This document shows positions 1 through 14,412 of a stretch of 64,000 nucleotides of DNA, one piece after another (positions within the stretch are counted from its first letter, which is position 1; the number at the start of each line of letters is the position of its first letter). The translations under genes were made by a program, and so were the position numbers. The notes below the pieces were generated by a model that saw only the letters and a program-made list of their open reading frames with translations, was not told the DNA's origin and did not search any database. Source of the DNA: Octopus vulgaris (Eukaryota); the NCBI GenBank assembly GCA_951406725.2, contig OX597822.1, positions 14,756,001 through 14,820,000 on the forward strand. The letters are read 5' to 3'.

Positions 1-237
1 ACAAATATAAAACATACAAGTCTGCACGTACACACATAAATACATACATACATACATACATACATACATACATACATACATACATACATACATACATACA
101 TACATACATACATACAAAAATACCCTCTTGTTGATGTTGAAATTCCAATGAAGGAACCTTGGATCTAGGTTAGAAACAGGTTCTTTCTCTACTGGCAAGA
201 AATCTTGAAATAAACTGAATAATGACATACATGCATG

Positions 238-292
<55 letters not shown>

Positions 293-602
293 ACACATAC
301 ACACACACACACAAACATACACACACACTTATACATACATTCATGAGGTCGAGTTGACCCAAAGCTTGCGAGTGGAACTGAGTAGGCAAAAGCTGTACAG
401 AATCCTTCGAGTGTTTGTAACTCTGATTCAGTTTCTACCAATTACGTTTATTGAACAATTAAATATCGTCAGAAATTCCAACCTAGATCCGTTGTTTATT
501 AGTTACTGGTAAATAAAATATCATTAACAATATTATAACTCATTAATTAATTGAATCCCAATGAATCATTAAAATACTATTTTCTTCTTTTTTCGCTCTT
601 AG

Positions 603-746
603 GTTTCATGGTTGGAATATTTCTCACTAAATTTGGCGTAAGAACCACTGGCATCGTGGGAAGCCTTTGTCTTACCCTTTCTATTGGCGCTCCATCGTTC
701 TCTTCGAGTATTTATGTTTTATTGGGATGTTTCAGTCTTTTGCCAG
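603..746 (+). CDS. SLC16/MCT-like MFS transporter copy 1, internal exon (TM2-TM4 region); upstream exons lie before the window
   Basis: Pyrimidine tract + AG at 601-602, GT donor (gtttgt) at 747. 144 nt, phase 1/1. Encodes FMVGIFLTKFGVRTTGIVGSLCL..., an MFS motif-A-like G-x3-(T)KFG-x-R loop. Paralogous exon at 27074-27217. Confidence 0.9.
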
Positions 747-820
747 GTTTGTATTGCCCAGTGATTTAGAAAAGCCTTCACGAACAAATGTTGCACGCAT
801 ATATATATATATATATATAT

Positions 821-1672
821 ATTCGTTTTGCAAGATTTTTGATGTGAAATCTTGCGTTGAAACATATATTGTTGTATTTAGGGATGGTCATTTTGCCAGT
901 TTAGCCAATAAAACACACGCACTATATATTTGGTGTTAATTTGCTTCAGCTTTATTGTATTTTTTTTAACTTAATCGTATTTCGGCCAGAGTTCTTTTGT
1001 CACACTTATGTGACCTCATCAGTGGTCCTTTGCTTTCTTCATTCTTATATGATTATATATATATAGAACAGACGCAACGCTTAGACAAATTACAGAAGCT
1101 ACACACATAATAGAAGATAACGCTAGCCTGAATAGGAAACTAGAATGGAACACTAGCACACACACCCAACACACCACAACATATGACAGAATAAGATACC
1201 ATAAGCTGATAACAATATGAACAAAATATAATACAATACACAGATAAACAAATGAAATTAAATAACTATAGACATTTACAAAATTAAAAATTAAAAATTA
1301 ATTAAATTAAATACAAAAAATGAATAGAAAAAATAATAAGTAGGTATAAACACATGAACAAAATAAATAAAAACAAATTAAACGAACGTGTATAAACAGA
1401 GGATGAATATAATATTGGCACTTCCCCCCAACACACACACACGCACCTACTAAGCATAGACACACATAGGGGTATACGCATGCGCAAGACACACAAATCA
1501 GAAAGAAGAAAGCAAAGGACCACTGATGAGGTCACAGGAGTGTGACGAAAAAACTCTGGCCGAAATACTATTAAGGTAAAAAAATAAAATAACGCTGAAG
1601 CAATTTAACACCAAATATATAGTACGTGTGTTTTTATTAGCTAAACTGGCAACCTAACCATCCCAAATAAAA
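821..1672 (+). mobile_element. Penelope-like element 3' fragment with inverted terminal copy, in an intron of copy 1
   Basis: 1065-1150 encodes TLRQITEATHIIEDNASLNRKLEW (GIY-YIG endonuclease C-terminus pattern). ~875-1040 and ~1505-1670 are inverted copies, each containing CTGATGA...CGAAA. Confidence 0.7.
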
Positions 1673-2880
1673 TATGTGTGTGTATTTTCATATACATGTG
1701 TGTGTGTGTGTGTGTTTTCTTGCTTTCTATGCATATTGTAAAACGTTTAACGCTAATCATAGATATGATAATGAATTCAAATGTCACTTATCGCTTTCTG
1801 AAACTTTATTATCGAAAGAACGCAAATCATAAATCTTTTTACTTTATCTTTATGGGCTTCGAGGAAAAGAGAAGTCTTTATAATTTGACCAGGCTGAAGT
1901 CATTGACGTGGTCAACATCTCCATAAGTACTTTGTCCAGAATAGTGGAGAGGTGGAAGTGCAAGAGTGTCTGACAGAATCTCTAATGGTATTTATTCCAG
2001 CTCTTTGTAGTTTGAGTTCAAATCGCACTGACTTAATTGGGTGATAAGCTAATTTTGTTCACTGGTTTACCATCACCATCAGAACTGGATTAACCATTAA
2101 GTAGGATAAGCACTTGCTTATTTTATCAAGGGAGGTCACCATAGAAATGGTAAATAGTTTACGGTACAATAGAAATCACTTTAAACTTGCTAACATAATA
2201 TTCAGGATGATTTATCTCTACTAAATATTGAAGCAGATGTCTTATGTAAGATTAATTTTTGTGGCTCAGATCAAAGATTTTGCAATTAAAAAAATAAGTA
2301 GAAGAAAACATTTCAAATGTAAATAAAGTGTTAGTATAAAAAAGAAACATTATTTTTGATCTAACTGTTTGTTTTGTTTCATTTTGAAACATAAAAATTA
2401 ATTTTATGGTTTCTTATTGTTTATATTTCAAATTTCACACACACCCACACACACCCACACACACACATATATTAGGGCAGCAAAATCTCATAAGTACTGA
2501 GGCCTTCTGTCGATCATAATCGAGCGCTGATCACCATGTGGTATATTGGATGCTTTTGGTGGTGTTCACTTTGTTTGCAAGAATCCAATCCAAGTGTGCG
2601 GCATGAGAATATCTTACTTCATCCCCAGAACCAAGATTTATTTCAATACACGAATTCACATCAAGAATCTTGCAAATTGAATACGAAACGATGTTTAATT
2701 CTAGTGTAAATGTTATGAGCTACCTTTTGATATGGATGTAAAGCTTCCAATCGGGGAATTAAAACAGAAATAATAAAATAACAACACTCTCTTCGTTAAT
2801 TATTCAGAAATGTCCTTGATTAATTTAGTAACTACTTTTTAATTACTCTTTGTTTTGTTTTTTTTCATCTCTTGTAACAG

Positions 2881-3984
2881 GAATTGGTTGTGCTTCTCTT
2901 AATGTCTCGGCTAATAATGGATTAGCAGCTTATTTCGGTGAAGACAGTCGAAAATTTATTGCATTTGCTACGGTAGGAAAATCTCTTGGATATATAATTT
3001 TCCCAATCCTTACCAATTATTTCATTGAACTCATGTTCTGGCGTGGAAGTCTTCTTCTCCTGGCTGCTACTTTCATACACACTCTGCCATGTGCTCTCAT
3101 ATATTCTACGGATATGTATAAAAACACGCGGAGAGAAACTTTGGCAGTAAGTGAAAGTAACGCGCCGAAAGATTTGTATAAGTCGGATTCAAACGTTTCT
3201 GTAGAACAATTTCAAAATGTTGGTGACGTTCAGGATGAAACGATATCGAACAAACTGGAAATATCTGAAGTGAATAATACAGCCTTGAATCATAACGAAA
3301 ACATCAATACAAATGAAAAATATATTCGTGAGGCTGTTATTAAGACCTTAAAATATGACAACGAACCATTTGTTATAAATAATACACAACCTGACAAAGA
3401 AGATTCTTTGGGTATTGAAGAGACAGCTATAAATTCTATAAAATCGGAAGACGAGGTGATTGATGTTCGAAGTGCCAAGGTTCAAACGGAAGGAAAATCT
3501 GATTCGAAATTTTCTGCAAAAATCGTTACAATTTTAACAAATTTCAATTACCTTTTATTCCTTTTCGCTGTTATTATAACGTATGGCAGTGTTATAACAA
3601 CAGTGTCTATCTTACCGGATTATTGCGTACAACAAGGGCTAAGTCAAGCAGAAAGTGCCCGTATATTTTCAGTGGGATCGTTTGGGTATATCTTGGCTTG
3701 TTTCGTCAGTAGTTGGTTGATACATAAAAACATTGTTCCAAGTAGGATTATATTTAGTACTGCAGCCACCATGAGCGGATTACTGATCTGTGTTTATCCT
3801 TCGTTGTCCACTTCAACATATTTGACTTTGCTAACATTTGCTGTGATGTTCACAAATGGACTCATATTCTCTACATATGTTGTAACTATTATGGATTACT
3901 TCGAAATCGGATATTTTTCGATAAGCATGGGATTTGGAGAAACAGCAATTGGAACTGGCATTTTAATTATTGGATATCTGATAG
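2881..3984 (+). CDS. SLC16/MCT-like transporter copy 1, large exon (TM4-TM11 with long cytoplasmic loop)
   Basis: Acceptor gtaacag|G at 2880/2881, donor G|gtaaat at 3984/3985. 1104 nt, open, phase 1/1. MCT-like motifs AAYF..SRK, FWRGSLLLLA, LPDY..QQG. Confidence 0.93.
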
Positions 3985-4450
3985 GTAAATATGTAACATT
4001 TTTATCATCCATATTTCAGAATATACTCAGTTACAACCGTTCTGATTACATATATACATATGAAGTATGTGTTAAGGAAGAATGAGACGATCGGTCGCAG
4101 CAGTTTTGTCGTTGGCCAGATATTCAGCGTGCTTGCGCAGCAGCACTTTTCTATACTGGATGTTAACACGCGTGCTCACAAAGAAACGTATACCTGCAGA
4201 AAGAGAAAGAGAGGGGGGAGTAAAGGAGAGAGAGAGAGAGAGAGAGGGAAGGAGAGACAGATATTAGATATAGAAGCCTGACTAAAAGCATAACTAGAAG
4301 CGTAACTAGAAGAACCCACAAATAAACAGAGGAAGACAAGGAGAGAAAGAAAGGAAGAGAGATTACAATTTATCAATTCAGCACAGTTGTCATAAATGTT
4401 TCCCCTCTCCTTATATACAGAAGGAGAAGTATAATTACGCAGATAAATAA

Positions 4451-4493
<43 letters not shown>

Positions 4494-5653
4494 GACAGAC
4501 AGACAGAGAGGAAGAGAACGATAGAAACGTTTACACGTTGGTTGTCAGCATCGAATTAGCGATGCCAAATAGGTGGTGCTAAAACGGCTGTGCCAAAACG
4601 TCTCATTCCCGTATGAATGTTGCTGAAGTAATCCCCGGTCAGCAATTATAGTATTTTATGGAGAAACATTTGAATCGAATGAAATATAAGAAATAACGTT
4701 TTTGTAGATAAACGTTTTTCGTTAATCAGTGTAAAAACCTACAAACCGGTCATATCTTCACAATTCTTATGACTTAACTCTAGCGATTTATGAGAATATA
4801 TATTCTACAAGAGATTTTTCCAGTTTCCATGGAGATAAAGATATTTTTCATTCCTGCATAGTATGACTGAATGGCTCAGAATTTTGCTTTATAATCACAA
4901 GATCTCGTGTTTTAGCACACGCTGTAGCATGGGGGCAATTTTTCTTTTACGTTCAGACAATTTCATGCCGTCTTTCATAGTATAGCAATGAAGTTTGCTC
5001 TATAATTACAAGATCTCGGGTTCAAACCAAGCCCATTGCATAGCATTTCAGGCCTTCTTTTTACTGAAGCCTCCAGTCGACCAAGGATCGTGTGTGGAAT
5101 TAGATAGATAGAACTGTGCGGAATCCCGTTCAATGGTGGATTGCAATTCTTTTCTACTCTAGGCATAAGGCCCAACATTTTGGGGGAAGGGGCCAGTCGA
5201 TTAGATCGACCCCAGTACGCAACTGGTACTTAGTTTATCGACCCCGAAATGATAAAAGGCAAAGTCAACTTCAGCAGAATTTGAACTCAGAACATAAAGA
5301 CAGACGAAATACCTATTTCTTTACTACCCACAAGGGGATAAACACAGAGGGGACAAACAAGGACAGACAAACGGATTAAGTCGATTACATCGACCCCAGT
5401 GTGTAACTGGTACTTATTTAATCGACTCCGAAAGGATGAAAGGCAAAATCGACCTCGGTTTTAGGTGAACACAGACTGTAAAGACGAACGAAATGCCACC
5501 AAGTATTTTTTCCGGCACGTCCACGATTCTGCTCGCTTGACGCCTTACCATAGATATTAATGATTAGAAATAAATTTGATTTATTTATTTATTGAATATT
5601 CAAATCTGGTGACTCGTCTTTAATGTTGCTCTTCTTGTTCTTGTTGTTTGCAG

Positions 5654-5814
5654 GAATCTTCTCAGAATACATGAACACTTACGAATACAGCTACTATGTG
5701 ATCGGGATCGGACCAATTCTTTCGGTTCAACCCATTTTAATTCCGTTCTTATTTAGCAAACTACTAACTAGGCAAACACTCACATATTCTGTGAATAATG
5801 TCGAGAATAAATGA
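5654..5814 (+). CDS. SLC16/MCT-like transporter copy 1, terminal coding exon (TM12)
   Basis: Acceptor ttgtttgcag|G. GIFSEYMNTYEYSYYVIG resembles the MCT C-terminal 'G.L.D.TG.Y..SFY..G' segment. Stop at 5812-5814, in phase with the previous exon. Confidence 0.9.
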
Positions 5815-6216
5815 TGAAGAATGGCCAAATTCCAAAGAACGATATTTCAAAATCATATAAAAAGAACTTTGTTATTTCCTTCCAGAATATGATCCTGGAA
5901 GCTTCACACTTGAAAATCATGTTTGTAAATCATTTACATACGATCATTTGCTACACAATCAAACAAATAACAATGATTTCAAATTTTTATCACATGGACA
6001 GCTTGGTGGGGTAGGGGAGGGATTAAGTCGATTACAATGACTCCAGTGCGTAACTGGTACTTATTTAATAAACTCCGAAAGGATGAATGGTAAAGTCATC
6101 TTCGGCGGAATTCGGAATTAGAACATAGCGACGTTCAAAATACCGGTAAGCGTTTCGTCCATCGCGTTCGTTGCCTAATAATAATGAAAATAATAATAGT
6201 GATGATGATGATGATG

Positions 6217-6328
<112 letters not shown>

Positions 6329-6799
6329 TAATGCGCTACACCAGGCTCTCCATTCAAAAACAAATCTAATCTAATAACGTTTTGGGAATGGGATAAAGGA
6401 ACTTGTGGTAGACTTGAAGGAAATGGTCTTTTAATGAAAATAATTGCGAAAATGAAATCTTACTTCCATACAAAGCACAGTTTCTCCTCTGCACAATGTC
6501 TCAGTGAAACGTGTTCGAAACAGACACCCGAAATCAATACCGGAAAGTTAACAAATTATAAATATAAATGGAACAAAACAGTAAGTACATAAATTGAGTA
6601 ATTATGCATTCACTGGAATGTTTACACAATCATATATTCATTTTAATACCCATAGGACTACACATATGTCCCAATGTTTACCCAACTACGTGAAATATAC
6701 AGGACACACATACACGCATATGAGAACACGTATCACAAACGAAGAAAAACATAACAAAAAACATTTATTTTTCGAACTAACACAGACAGAGTGAACAAT

Positions 6800-9700
6800 T
6801 CATAAGTTTAAACATACCACAAAAAACTCTGCCTGGAGATAAATCTACCAACAACAAAAAAATACTGACGAATACAGATCTGTTAGCGTTAAGAAGCTAC
6901 CTTACGAACAATGTTTACATGCAGAGAACTCGGAGGCGGTGTTGTCTCAAAAAAATTAACCCTAAACAGACAGATCCGTTCTCTAATGTCAACGCCGAAG
7001 CTCGTCATGCCTTGATAATAAAGCAAATTACAAACCGGAATTGTCCTCACCCGGAACACCAAGGACTGCGTAGTCGAATGATGAACCAGATTCTATGCGA
7101 ATAATCAACCACTGGTTCAAATCTTCCCGAAACACAGGAGCTGGAAGTACCCGACAACCAGAATATTCCAGCATATACCCACCCATTCTCTTCAGCAAAT
7201 AACAAAAAAGAGAAAGAATGAAAATGTAGGGTAGATAATAAAGAAGTTCTTAAGGCATTCTATCATGCCATATATTTCCCCATAAATAAATCTAATACTA
7301 TTCAAACCTACTTAAGCTGGAGACAGAAACACTTTGAAGTAAGACCCTGCATAGACAGTAACAAACTTGCCAACGTCAGAAGAAACATGAAAAAGAAATT
7401 ACTGACTGAATTAGAGATTGACCAAATTAAACAGTCAGTAAGGGATAAAAGGAACGAAGTTGCAGCTAAAGAAGATACTACAGAAGAAATAATTGTAAAG
7501 CAACACTGACCTGATGAAAGTGCAATGTTGATTGAAAGAATTAATGTAACTGATAAGCAAAGTGAAATACTCTCTGAACTAATCATAAACACTAAGGCAG
7601 ATGGAAATCAAATAGATGAAGAAAGTCACACAAATATTAACCCAACGGAACTACATGATCTAAATAATCAAATTATGATTGAATGGCTGAAAATTAAAGA
7701 AACCAGTATGAATGGATGTGACACTTTCCCAAAAATTCGCAGTTCTAACCAAAACCTGAAAATAATTTGTAAAATCCACCTTGCACTTAAGGATATAATT
7801 TCAACTAATGATCTTAACATTACAGATGTCAACCACCTCACGATTCTATGTGGTGAAAAGATTAGAAAATGAAAACATTATCGCAAAAAAGCCTTCTTGG
7901 CAAGAGAGTATTCAACACCAAATTCAGCTACTTAGGTCTGACATAGTATGTTTAAAAACTTTAAGTTTGACAAGACTATCAAACCAACAAAACTCCGAAG
8001 ATTATAGAAAAAATATATGAAAACCACAATAGAAACCATCAAGCCAAAGGTATGTGCTAAAGCTGCCCGCATAGCATGGTATGAAAAGCGCGTTAGATTC
8101 TTCAAGGACAACATGTTCAAAAATAACCTGAAAATTTTTTCAGGAAGATAGGGAAAATACCAGTGACAGTAAAGTTACTCCCGTCAAAAGAAGTGCAAGA
8201 ATTTTAAAATAAAATTTGGGCAGAAGAAAAAACACAGAATAAAAAGGTCCCTTGGATCAATAGAATATCTACAGATTAAACTCCTTAGAAGAGCAAAAGT
8301 GGGAGGGTATCAAGGTAGAGGAGGTAAGATCTGCTCTCACAAGCAGTCATGCAAATAGAAGTCTTAAGGAAATGATAAAATTCCTATCTTCTCAATGAAT
8401 GCCTTCCCAGAGAGACATGAACTGCTAATAAAACTTTACAACGATGTTTTGCAACAAACTAATATGATTCCCTCTTGGCTAGTTAATGGTGTAACATTCC
8501 TACTTCAAACAATGAAGAAACAAATGAACCAAAAAACTATAGACCCATAACCTGTTTAACAACTATGCATACAACGCTAACATCTGTCCTGACGGATTAT
8601 ACCTATAGTTTTTTAATAGATGAATGTTAAAACTTGTCTCAAAGCATGAAAACAAGAAAGCATCATACCAAGTAACAAAACAGGCAAATGAATTCCAAAT
8701 ACCACAAATTCCAGAATTAAACGTACTGGGATCGAGCACAGAAAAAGCTAAGCGTATGAAAACTCCTGCCTTAGATAGTTTTACTGATACCAGGTCATCC
8801 CATAAGTTCTGTCCAATTTTACCTTTTTTAAATTAAATGAATTTTAATATTTTAGAATGTCTAATGGAATTAAAAATTATTTTTATGCATTCGTGAACAT
8901 TTAAACTAATTAAATATTATTTTACAGAATAATAGAATTAAAACCCTTTCTAACATGGAAGTATCCAAAGAGCATTTAAGGGACATAAGGCTTTATGAGT
9001 ACAAAAAAGAAAACTCTTCTGCCGAAATGACTCCGAACATACACTCAGCTTATAGGAAAGAAGGCTTGAATGAAAGAACGTGCAGAAGATGGTTTGAAAA
9101 ATTCAAAAGTGGAAGATGAAGGTCGAACAGGACATCCAGTTGAGTTTGATGATAAGCTCCTTGAGGCATTACTTGAAGAAAATCCTGCATTATCAGTTGA
9201 AGAATTGGTAATAAAGCTTAGTTCAAACCATACAACTGTTCATCGTCATCGTCAATAACTTGGAAAGGTTCTTAAGCTTTGAAAATGGGTGCCTCATGAA
9301 TTGTCCGAAAGCAACCGCAAACCCCGTGTTGACATCTGCCCTTCTCTCCATTCTCGCGAACTCATTTCACCTTTTTTGTGTAGACTTGTGACTAGTGACG
9401 AAAAAATGGATCTTCTATCGAAATGTTAAACGTCGTAAACAGTGGCTTGGTAAAAGGGAAAAAGCTCAACCATAACCGAGAAGGGAACTTCATGGGAAAA
9501 AGTTTCTACTATCTATCTGGTGGGATTGCAAAGGAGTATTTCACATTGAATTGTTACCACCTAATGCAACAATCAATGTTCAAGTCTACTGTCAACAATT
9601 AGAGCGTTTGAACCAAGCTTTGAAGAAGACAAAAGACCTGCTTTAGTGAAGTGAAAAGGAGTTATGTTTCATCATAATGCGTGACCCCACACTGCAAAGA

Positions 9701-10380
9701 CTACATCACAGAAGATCGCAGAGCTTGGTTGGGAAAAATTCCTCATCCACCTTATTCTCCCGACCTTGCTCCTGCAAACTACCATTTGTTTCGTAGTTTA
9801 CAGAATCATTTGGGGGGACATAACTTTCGGAAGCCAGGAGGAGGTCCAAACTGACATTTCAGAGTTCTTCCTTTGAAACCAAAATACTTTTACATTGATG
9901 GGATTAAAAAGCTTGTACATAGATGGAAGGAAATCATAGATAATCAGGGAAAGTACATTGATGATTAAATTTCAATTAAATATAGCATTTGATCACTTGT
10001 TTTCTTTATTCAAAATTCGGACAGAACTTATGGGATGACCTGATAAATGACAAGAAAATCCTCTCGATGGCAAATACCCAAAGAGATCTAATAGTGCCGA
10101 TGTTAACAAAACCCTTAACTATCAATGGTTAGTGGATTCTGGCTTAAAATCAGAAACAGAAGGGTTTATCATAGCAGTCCAACATATTAAAGAACGGCAG
10201 TAGTCCAACATGTCATATGTGTCAACAACAAAATGAAACCATTGATAATGTTATCTCCATGTGCAGTATTGTTGCGTATGCAGAGTATCTCAGTGGGCAT
10301 GAGAGAGTAGCATAGTATATTTACTGGATAATTTGCAAAAACCTGAACCTACCCCATGGTAAAAACTGGTGGGAACACAT
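6800..10380 (+). mobile_element. Degenerate, internally deleted R4/Dong-type non-LTR retrotransposon, interrupted by a mariner
   Basis: Broken frames give KPSWQESIQHQIQLLRSDI, PKNYRPITCLTT (RT start), SGLKSETEGFIIA and C..C...NETIDNVIS.C (decayed zinc knuckle). The 5' boundary is approximate. Confidence 0.75.
8790..10043 (+). mobile_element. Full-length decayed mariner (DD34D) transposon
   Basis: TIRs caggtcatcccataagttctgtcc / ggacagaacttatgggatgacctg with TA on each side; 1254 bp. Motifs WVPHEL, VTSDEK and HPPYSPDLAP, with stops and frameshifts. Confidence 0.93.
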
Positions 10381-10660
10381 AACCCGGCTATGGAAAATGA
10401 AGAGGGTGAAGATAGTGTCAATTACTGTTGGGTCATTGGGAACAGTATTGGAAGGCATCAAGGGGAATATAAAGGAAATTGGAATAGAGTGCTCTGTAGA
10501 ACTGTTACAAAAGATTTGCCTCCTTGGCATGGCAGGAATAATCAGGAAAGTATTAGATAGCTAGAAAGAACGGATAGCGTGGTACCGTAGGCTGCAGGTA
10601 GCAAGATCACTACGCATGCAAGACTCCAGGAGCTTCAACAAAATTTCTGATAAAGAGAAA
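10381..10660 (+). mobile_element. 3' end of an R4/Dong-type LINE (family B)
   Basis: RLWKMKRVKIVSITVGSLG...LQKICLLGMAGIIRKVL* followed by a short UTR and (TAC)n(TAA)n. Confidence 0.75.
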
Positions 10661-10661
10661 A

Positions 10662-10793
<132 letters not shown>

Positions 10794-10804
10794 TAATAAT
10801 AATA

Positions 10805-10893
<89 letters not shown>

Positions 10894-10894
<1 letters not shown>

Positions 10895-11404
10895 GTACTG
10901 GCCTGATGTACTACCAGACAGTGGCTCACATAGCTTTCGATATTAACTGATTGTAAGTGTTACATTATTTTGTCTTGGTATAAAAGATGGGCTACAGTAA
11001 ATATTCTGCTCAATACCAAAGATTTCCTTGTTGATGATATGTATATCTCTGATAATGAGCAGAAGTAGTGGGGGCTCATAATAGCCATGTGTTGAGAGGA
11101 ATTATTTTGGGTTTGAATAATTCACATTTGGAAACATAGGTGTTTCGTTCAACATCCTTAAACAACCCTTATTCAGGGCCATTTTGAGTGAGGTGGGCTA
11201 CTTGACATGAAGAAAATTGTAACTGGGCCTCACTTGTAAGGTTATACGCTGTTTATCTTGACATGAGATCACTATGTTGCGCAAATATGGTTGTGATGCT
11301 TGTGCCTGGTGCACCCTTATCAGACGGGTAGTCATGATGGGTATACTGGGCTTCGTATATTTTGCCCCAGTGTCACTTTGATGGCATGCACTACTCTCTC
11401 ACTC
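10894..11404 (+). mobile_element. Non-coding (AAT)n-embedded interspersed repeat (family F)
   Basis: Homologous to 14413-14730 and 56432-56760 (shared ggtataaaagatggg...aaatattctgctcaatacca). Each copy follows an AAT run. Confidence 0.7.
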
Positions 11405-11468
<64 letters not shown>

Positions 11469-11482
11469 GTAATAATAATAAT

Positions 11483-11993
11483 AAGTACATACCGACAAAA
11501 CTATAAACGCTAATAAACCGGATATTATTATAAAAGATCAGACAAAAAAGACGTGTTTATTAATTGACATGTGTACTCCTTGCGATCACAATATAGCGGC
11601 GAAAGAATTTGACAAGATCAGTAAATATAAAGATTTACTAATAGAAACTGAAAAAATGTGGCATCTCAAGGCGACTACAGTACCAGTGATTGTAGAAGCT
11701 CTAGGAATGATAAAAAAAAAAGGTACTGAAACCTATTTGAAAATGATACCAGGCTTACTATCTCTACAGGAAGTGAAAAAAATCGTGTTAACTGAAACGA
11801 CTCATGTACTGAGAAGAGCATTATCACCGTGAAAACAACATCCATTCATGAATTTATTTATTCATAATTTTTTTAAATACATATTTTACCTGTGAATTTC
11901 CGTGTGTAATCAGAGAATGCATACAGTGAGCTTCTCTGCCCTAGGTGTACGGAAAACACTCGGCGGGAAATGGAAGAAAATTTGAAGAAGGAA
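11483..11993 (+). mobile_element. 5'-truncated R4/Dong-type LINE 3' end (family C)
   Basis: KPDIIIK...LLIDM...KISKYKDL (PD..D..K restriction-like endonuclease); AAT tracts on both sides. Confidence 0.85.
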
Positions 11994-12110
<117 letters not shown>

Positions 12111-12128
12111 TATGATGATGATGATGAT

Positions 12129-12618
12129 GGTACGACCACAAACCTGAAGCCATCATCGAAAATGATAATGCAATGATCCTGTGCTATTTTATGATTCAGT
12201 GCGACCATGAGATAGAGAATAGGAAGTCAGACATACTCTTAATTGAGAAAGAAAGCAAACTATGCTGGATCATAGATATAGCATGCCCAGCTGACAACAA
12301 GGCATGCGATAAGGAAGAAAGAAAAGTCAATAGTTATGATAGGTTGGCTTGGGAAGTTAAGCAGTTGTGGTCGATGAAAAAGGTGGTAGTAGTACCAATA
12401 ATTGTTGGAGTCCTGCGAAGAGTGAGTGAAATTCTTGAGAAGTATATGGAACAAATAGGGGCTGCAATAAGGGCAGAGAACTTGCAGAAAACAGCACTGC
12501 TTGGAACGGCTCGAATACTCCGGATGCTGCTCGAAAAATAAGAGGTGTTACCTTAGTTCACTGGTAGTGAACAGCCGACACCGTAGTACATCTCCAGCGT
12601 TAGAAGCTGTGCAAAGGC
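12129..12618 (+). mobile_element. 5'-truncated R4/Dong-type LINE 3' end (family D)
   Basis: DHEIENRKSDILL...IIDIACP...LQKTALLGTARILR; flanked by AAT; same 3' UTR as 34465-34546. Confidence 0.85.
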
Positions 12619-12633
12619 AATAATAATAATGAA

Positions 12634-12708
<75 letters not shown>

Positions 12709-12713
<5 letters not shown>

Positions 12714-14157
12714 GGAATCCATGAACTAGATAAGACACAGCACACGCAAATGAAAGAGAAAATAAAAAAGAATATTATAGACGAGTTAGATCAATACTAA
12801 AAACAGAGCTCTCTGCTAAAAACAAGATAATAGGTATTAACACTTTAGCCATCCCAGTTATAAGTTACAGCTACAATATCCTTAACTGGACACGAAATGA
12901 ACTGACCAAAATAGATAGGAAAACAAGAAAAATAATGACAGGATCTAGGATGCATCACCCAAAATCTGACATAGAAAGGCTATATATACAAGGTATAGAA
13001 GGTGGTAGAGGCCTTATACAACTGGAAAACTACTATAAAATAACCACCATAGGACTGCAAAAATATCTACTTCAGAAGGAAGGAAAACTGATACAAATAG
13101 CGGCAAAACACGAGCAAAACAAAAAACTGTTCTCAGTATTTAAGGAAGCTGACAAATACAATACAAGAAATCATACCACCTAACAAATATGAAGAAGAAG
13201 AAGAAAAATAAGAAGATGAAGAAACAACAAAAGCTATAAAACACATGAAATCCAAACTAAAACTAGAACAGCAACGAACCATGATAAAACGATGGCAAGA
13301 AAAGCCCCTTCATGGCAAATACTAGACTAAACTAAATGCAAAAGAAATAGACAAAGAAAAATCCCAGCAATGGTTGAGAAGCTCAGGACTCACAGCAGAG
13401 ACAGAGGTATTTTTAATTGCAGCGCAAGACCAAAGCCTCCCCACCAGGAATTACCAAAAACATGTAATGAAAACAAATATAACAAGTAACTGCAGAATAT
13501 GTGGAGATGGACAAGAAATAATAAATCATATTATCTCTGGCTGCCCAGTCCTGGCTAAGAAGGAATATATTCACATACACGACAGAGTTGGGACCTATAT
13601 ACACTGGAAACTATGCCAACATTATGGAATAACAACAGAAAAAAGATGGTATAGGCACACACCAGAAAAGGTCACAGAAAACGAGAAAGTAACCATACTC
13701 TGGGATATGCCGATACACACAGATAGAGAAATTAAGGCCAACAGACCAGATATAGTTGTCAGAGATCTTGAAGAAAAAAATACTTTCTAATTGATGTATC
13801 AATACCTGCAGATGACAACGTTTCTCTAAAAGAAATAGAGAAACTTTCAAAATACAAAGACCTGGAAATAGAGGTAACCAGAATGTGGAATCTAAAAACA
13901 GAAACAATTCCTATCATAGTAGATGCATTAGGCACGATAAAAAAATATTCAGACAAATACATAACAAAAACGCCAGGACTTACAAACAATATAACATATA
14001 GAAAATTGCACTACTAGGCACTGCACACATCCTACGCAGAACACTTTCCATACAATAACCATCAGAGCATCACAACAAATCACAGCACATACCCAAAAGC
14101 ACACAGAGCTGTGCTCGGTAGTGAAGTGAAAGCACGCTATAAAAATAAAACTTCTGA
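12709..14157 (+). mobile_element. 5'-truncated R4/Dong-type LINE (family E): RT end, CCHC knuckle, restriction-like endonuclease
   Basis: YLGI..., GGRGLIQL, CRICGDGQEIINHIISGC, IHDRVG, NRPDIVV, KLSKYKDL. Flanked by AAT tracts; frameshifted. Confidence 0.9.
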
Positions 14158-14160
14158 ATG

Positions 14161-14221
<61 letters not shown>

Positions 14222-14238
14222 AAATAATAATAATAATG

Positions 14239-14395
<157 letters not shown>

Positions 14396-14412
14396 TAATA
14401 ATAGTAATAATA

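Noticed and set aside
2850-4085. Single-exon 411-aa gene as in the ORF track (likewise 29031-30074)
   Set aside because: ORF ends run into introns; canonical splice sites conserved in both copies define a 1104-nt exon.
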